Shown: positions 57,609-64,000 of the stretch, in pieces
How positions within the stretch are numbered: position 1 is the stretch's first letter
Layout of the letters: each line of letters starts with the position of its first letter
Source: the human T2T-CHM13v2.0 reference genome, Homo sapiens
Reading direction: 5' to 3' (one strand)
NCBI RefSeq assembly: GCF_009914755.1
Contig: NC_060933.1
Length of the DNA: 64,000 bases
Made by a program: the position numbers and the translations under genes
Notes under the pieces: generated by a model
Told to the model about the DNA's origin: nothing
What the model saw: only the letters and a program-made list of their open reading frames with translations
The model's database searches: none

Positions 57609-58443
57609 CAATACATTCCTACATGTTTAATGTGTGGCCCATCTGGAGCCACACCAGCGGATTCAGCCCTGTTGGAGCCTTGAGCCAGTCCAGGCCCAAC
57701 AATCGCCTTTGCCCTGGTGGTGTTCCTTCTGATTTAAGTCTGGAATCCTCACACATAAGAGAAACCTCAGGCTCTAGTAGCTACCGACCCCATCCTCATG
57801 GAGCCAGGTCAATTTCTTCCAACTGGGCTTCTGCCCTTGTTCCTGGTCGGTACCTTGTTTTCCACTAGGGAGACAACCTGACCAGGATCCCTGCCCGTTT
57901 GACTGGCCCCTGCCATGCCCTTGTTTCCTTTTTCTACCAAGGCAACAGGTGTTAGTCCCCACAGATAACCTTCGTGCTATCTGGGTCCAGCCGTGAATAA
58001 CCTGAGCTCATGAAACCATGAGGCCACCAGCGTCTAGTTGCCAGTATTGACTCATGTATGGACGTCGATGCTCCTTTTGCCATTTTGGACCCACAGATAT
58101 GGACACAAACAAATCCAAGTTTGTTTTGTCATGTTCTTTCACTTTGAAAAGCTCAGCTAACTTTCTGGATTGTTCCCCAGGCCCTCAGAACGTGCTGGCC
58201 TATGCTGTACATTGCTCACTAGTGGTGATCCAAGTTGCGGGGGTTCTCTGTAATATCACTGGTTCTAATATTGTAATATTATATCTCTCTGTAGAAGACA
58301 TGAAAATGAAAAATATAGAACTATATAGGCAAGAGAACAAAACTCTCATATGTAATCTCACTATCCAGAAATTATCACTTTTAGTATTTTGATAAATCCC
58401 TTTCCACTCCTCTTGGATGCACATAATATTTTCACATAGCTGA

Positions 58444-58786
<343 letters not shown>

Positions 58787-60058
58787 ATTTAACATTTTAT
58801 TATAAGCATTTTTGCCATATCACCAAGTTTACCTATAGACATCATCTTTAATGACAGAATGACAATCCCTCAAGCTAACCCATATTTACATTGTTTCTAA
58901 TTTGTCACTGCTTGGATGAACCTATTTGTGCAAAAAAATCTTTCTCATAATTTTGGATTATGTCTTTGGTGCAAATTCCTAGAAGTGAAATTTCTAAGTC
59001 AACAAGTGTGAACATTTTAAGGCCCTTGATATACAATCTGGCTTTAGTCTATGACTTTGTGAGTTGTTAAAGAATAAATTCATAGTCACCAATTCAAAGA
59101 TTTTTCATCTATAATCTTTTGTTTGCCATGAAGTTAACTACTGAGATCACAATAAAATAGGGTGATACTTTTTCTATTAATTTCAACACAAATATGGGCT
59201 TAAAAATATTTCACACAGGAGTATGGGAAACTGGAAGTAATGAGATTAGGCAATATTTTCAAATGACCTGCAATCACTTTCCTAATAACAGGAAATTGTC
59301 ATGAAGATTTGTATCTCTAATTATTTTTTAGACTCTTCTCCTCAAAGCTATGAATCTGAATCTGAGTCAGCAGCCTAAACAGCCAGAATTGGAAACAGTG
59401 AACTCTATTTCTGAGTTTCTTGAGTAGCATGGGAACTTGGGATGTCAGCTGCTCAGATCCATTTATGTAATAACTTTTTTTAAAAAAAAATCTGTCTTCT
59501 CCATGAACCCTCCCCTGATCCCTCCAGGCAGAATTAATCACTCTTCCTTCTCTGCCCTGCTCATCACCAGTGCCTCATTTAACACTTGTCTTTGTCTTTA
59601 TCCCATCACAGTTATTTGTTCAAGTCTCCCATTAGGATGGGTGCTCCTGGAAGGCGAAACCTAGTGTGTTTCCCTAGACTTAGCACAGAAACCAGTGCAA
59701 AACAGGCACACACAAACAGGAGGAGGATTTTTTTTTTTAATCTGCTAGTAAGCATGTGGGTTGTGGCTTGCTGGGAATCCTATGTGTAGGGCAGGTTGGA
59801 AAGGGAAAGGGGAAAGGGGAAGGAGGTTCAATGCCAGCCCAGAGGGTGTACATGAGCAATAATCAGAAGAGAGTATTATTTCTAAAATTTCAGTGGTTCC
59901 AAAATGAAAAGTACATTGACTATTTCATAGATATTTGTGGTATACCTTCCAGGGAGCAGATATTGTGCCAGGTGATGGGGTCCAGAGAGGAGTAAAAAGC
60001 TCTATCTGCCTTCCTAAAGTTCCTGGAGACCACCACCACAGTAAAATATAGAGTTTTT

Positions 60059-60606
<548 letters not shown>

Positions 60607-61852
60607 TCAATGATCCTATTAAAAAGGTTGTCCGTGGATGAAGGAAAATAAGCAATGCAAATCCAGATAGGATAAGAGATAGAGTCTGGATTTCCACTAA
60701 TCAGAGAGCACCACCTTTAAGTCCATTATCTAAAAATCATTTAAGATTCTTTCAGGCAATCACTGTGTGTCAACCCTGCTATCTGCCATGTCTAGATTAT
60801 CTGCTCACTCATTTCCATTTGGTAGCAACCTTCCAAGGGCAAGTAAGGCCTTTGAAATCCACTAAATCTTACTACAAATTTCTTGGGGGACTGTCATATC
60901 TGTGGTGGCTCGCCATGAAAAATGTATTATATCCAACCAAGTGGATATTTAAAACTATGTTATACATAATTGGGAAAGAATAGCTAAGGCTTAAGGATAA
61001 AGATTCATTAAGAAAAAGTGTTGCATGCTAAAAAGTTTTGGAGTGACATGGCCAAGATAAAATCCTCGTTCTGCTGGACATTCATCTTGTAGCCCTGCTA
61101 AGTTACTTAGCCTTTCTGGGGCTCAGTATTCTCATCTGTAAAATGGGGGTGATTATAGCTATTTCCTAAAGAAGAAGAGAAGGAGTAGGTGAACAAAGAA
61201 GGCTATGTGGGTTCGACACTGATGTCTAGCATTCAAACATAAAGAATGTGGAATGCATAAGAAAAAGGGGAAGACACCTTCTTCTGGTGGGTAGAAGACT
61301 GAGCAAGAAGCATTGGGTGACTCAGATTCCAGTCCCAGATCCATTCCAAACTTGCTGGAAGGCTGAGGGAATCCCATTCCCCTGGAACAATCTCAGTTTT
61401 CCCATCTGTAAAATGAGCAGGCTGGAATACATGACCCCAGTTTCCTCCCAGTTCTGACATTTCATCAGATCCTTTTGTTCTCTCTTCTTCTAAAGCATGT
61501 AAGTCAGTTAGGACCGGGGCCAAGGCAGCATCATAACATGGCTCATTCAGGCTTTCATGTCTCCAGGTTAGAAGGCTGCCAGCCTGGTCACCAAGAAGAA
61601 TACTTTTGTGAAAGATCCTGCCACGAGCTGGTGTTTCATGAGCAACGAACAGAAAACCATCTCCCATTTTGACAGCCCTGCGCTGGGAATTCATAAAATA
61701 TTCAAGTAACTAATAAAGTCATTTTTTGATTCAGCAGTGGTTTTCTCTACTCATCTCTTCATTTGTTTGTCCATCCAGTTGTTGATTCAAGTCACTGGAG
61801 CATCTATTATGAGAACAGACATGCAGATGTGCTGCTTGTCTTCCAGGAGCTA

Positions 61853-62115
61853 TTGTTTCAGGCCTCTCTTCCTGGCTTGTAGATGGCTGTCTTCTCCCTG
61901 AGTCTTCACATTGTCTTCTCTCTCTGTGTGTCTGTGTCCAAATTTCCTCTCCTTGTAAGGACTTTCTAAGGTAATTAGGGCCTACTCTGTTGGCTTCATT
62001 TTAACTTGATTACATCTGTAAATACCCTATCTCCAAATAAGGTCATATTCTGAGTTACTTGGGGTTAGGATTTCAACATATGACTTTGTCAGGGGACACA
62101 ATTCAACCCATAACA
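61853..62115 (-). mobile_element. MaLR LTR fragment (MLT1B-like)
   Basis: cctggcttgtagatggctgtcttctccctg…ccaaataaggtcatattctgag…gggacacaattcaacccataaca. Confidence 0.85.
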
Positions 62116-62301
62116 GTTAGTAAACTTAGTCAACCATTCCTTCATTTGCTCATACATTCATTCATTCTTCCATTCAACCCATAACAGTTAGTCAGCTTAT
62201 TTATCCATCCCTTCATGTGTTCATATGTTCATTCATTATGCCATCCAATCCATAACAGTCAACTTATTGATCCATTCCTTCATTTATTCATTCATTCTTC
62301 C
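62101..62301 (+). repeat. Degenerate tandem triplication, period ~71 bp
   Basis: Units start attcaacccataacag (62101), attcaacccataacag (62172) and atccaatccataacag (62243). Confidence 0.85.
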
Positions 62302-62314
62302 AACCATATCTGAG

Positions 62315-62739
62315 TGTTGGGAGCCAAAAGCCTGAGGGTTGTGACCAACTCAGCATTCCACTGGAGGCTAAATGATCAAACAGCAAACTGCTGATCATGA
62401 GTGCAGGATGTGGGCAAACTCACATCTGCACCTGCCGCCAGAAGGTATGCTGAGGGCAATCACTCCCTGCCGCCGTGCTCCTTGAGATTATCTACTGGAA
62501 CATCTGGAGTCTACTGTTCTAAGAAGGCAGTCATGCAGGCCTGCACTAAATCAAGCAGCTGACCAACAACCACCCCCTACTCCCTATCTCCTTTACTCAA
62601 TAAATAAGAAGGGCTCTAGAAACTCAGGGCCCTTGTTCGCTAGAAGCAAGGAGCCACCTGACCCCTTTTTCCAAGTATATGCTTTTGTCTTTATTCCTAC
62701 ATTCGTCCTCCTTTGTTCAGTCCACCAGGGTCCATGGCA
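62315..62739 (+). mobile_element. ERVK solo LTR (LTR3-like, HML-6/HERV-K3)
   Basis: tgttgggagccaaaagcctgagggttgtgaccaactcagcattccactggaggct…caataaata…ctcagggcccttgttc…tccatggca, with TG…CA ends and a degenerate 6-bp TSD tctgag/aatgag. Confidence 0.8.
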
Positions 62740-64000
62740 AATGAGTACCTACATTCCAGGCATTGTGTTGGGAACTAGAGACACAAAGCAGAACAAGCAG
62801 ATGTATCCATGGAAGATGTTATATCTGGTGGAGGCATCATGCACACAGACAGCTCACTCAGTGCAAGGCAAGCTTAAAGTGAGGGCCGGGCACTCAGCTC
62901 CCGCAGAGCATTCTGGGCAGGTTTCTAAGTCTTCCATGAGGCAATGGTGTTGGGGCCAAGAGGTGAAAGACTTGGGTAGAGCTGAGTGGGTGGCAGGTAA
63001 GAAGAGAGGAATGCCTGGGAAAGGAGGAATGTCTGCAAAGGAAATTGCAAGGGAAGATAGAAGGGAGTGTGGAAGGAAAGGGCACCATTTTGGAACTTAA
63101 ACAATGTGGATGGCGTCTAAGATGCGATTTTCCCCCATAACCTCGCTGGATCCTCAAGGCAATAATGTAAGGTATGTAGGGCAGAAATTATAATTTCAAA
63201 ATAAAGATAAGAAAACTGAGGCCCAGAAGAGGATAACTAATTTGCTCACACGATACAGCGTTCAAGTGCAAAACCAGAGCTAGAGCTGTGGTCTCCCTCG
63301 CTTTGCAGACACAAGGGAGAAGAGCAGCAATAGGTGTCCTGGGGAAAATTAATCTCTTTGGGTTTTGCAAATGACCTTGACCCATCTATTTGGATTTTGT
63401 GAATGACCTTGGTAAGTCTCTTACACTCTTTCTCTCATGAGGTACTTCTGATATCATTTTGTTATTACTTGGGCCAAAGTATGCTGCTTTTCTGCAGGGA
63501 GCAGCATGGCTTCATTTCAAACACTGTTCTTCGTAACAGCTCTTTAACATTTGGCTACTAGAGAAAATGTCCCCGTATTTTGTGAATGCTTTAGAAACTT
63601 TCCAGTTCCTTCACAGTTTCCTCCGTCAGCTGAGTGTAACAGTTTGGAAAACAGTGATGCATCATTACAGCGAAATCAAACACCAATTTTAGCCCTTTCC
63701 AGCAGTGGTTTTCTTTAGAACACATTCATCATTAAAACAAAGGGGATGTGGGTTTGTAGGGAAAGTGACATTCGAGCTGTCAAGACAATCGAAAATGTTT
63801 AGGAAAACATGTCTCTTTTTTAGGTAATACTTGCTTTTTGGGCAAGTGCAATTTCAAAAAAAATTCTTTCCTGTAAATGAACATTGTTAAGATAACATAG
63901 GAAAGAGCCTGGAAATCCTTGATTGTCTCAAGTATAATCATTGTTTTGACTAATAAGTCAACTTTGCAATAACAAAAAGGCAAGTAACCAAATTTAACTA

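Overview
Primate (almost certainly human) genomic DNA lying wholly inside TTLL11 (tubulin polyglutamylase, recalled as 9q33.2), transcribed on the minus strand. Only two coding exons are supportable: 22736-22485 (252 nt, phase 2-2) and 12431-12325 (107 nt, phase 2-1). They splice in frame (…FRTFIR|SCKLSSSSLSMAAVDIL…). The rest is intron, dense in Alu, MIR, L1, L2, MaLR/ERV LTRs and DNA transposon fossils. Almost all ORFs in the supplied track are spurious. I see no evidence for a wholly new gene or system. Best leads: (1) a cluster of RFX X-box-like motifs at ~36.2-36.4 kb beside a strong minus-strand splice donor that would join the 252-nt exon in frame, suggesting an internal promoter for a C-terminal-only TTLL11 isoform (a hypothesis); (2) an Alu split by a ~245-bp copy of an LTR/flank junction from 2.45 kb away; (3) non-B-DNA or RNA-binding tracts (2-kb TG/CA tract, (CA)23(CG)7, a G-rich Alu tail) and an orphan CpG-island-like segment; (4) inverted Alu pairs around both exons. 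Gene and repeat names come from memory of the protein and consensus sequences, not from a database search. Repeat boundaries are approximate.
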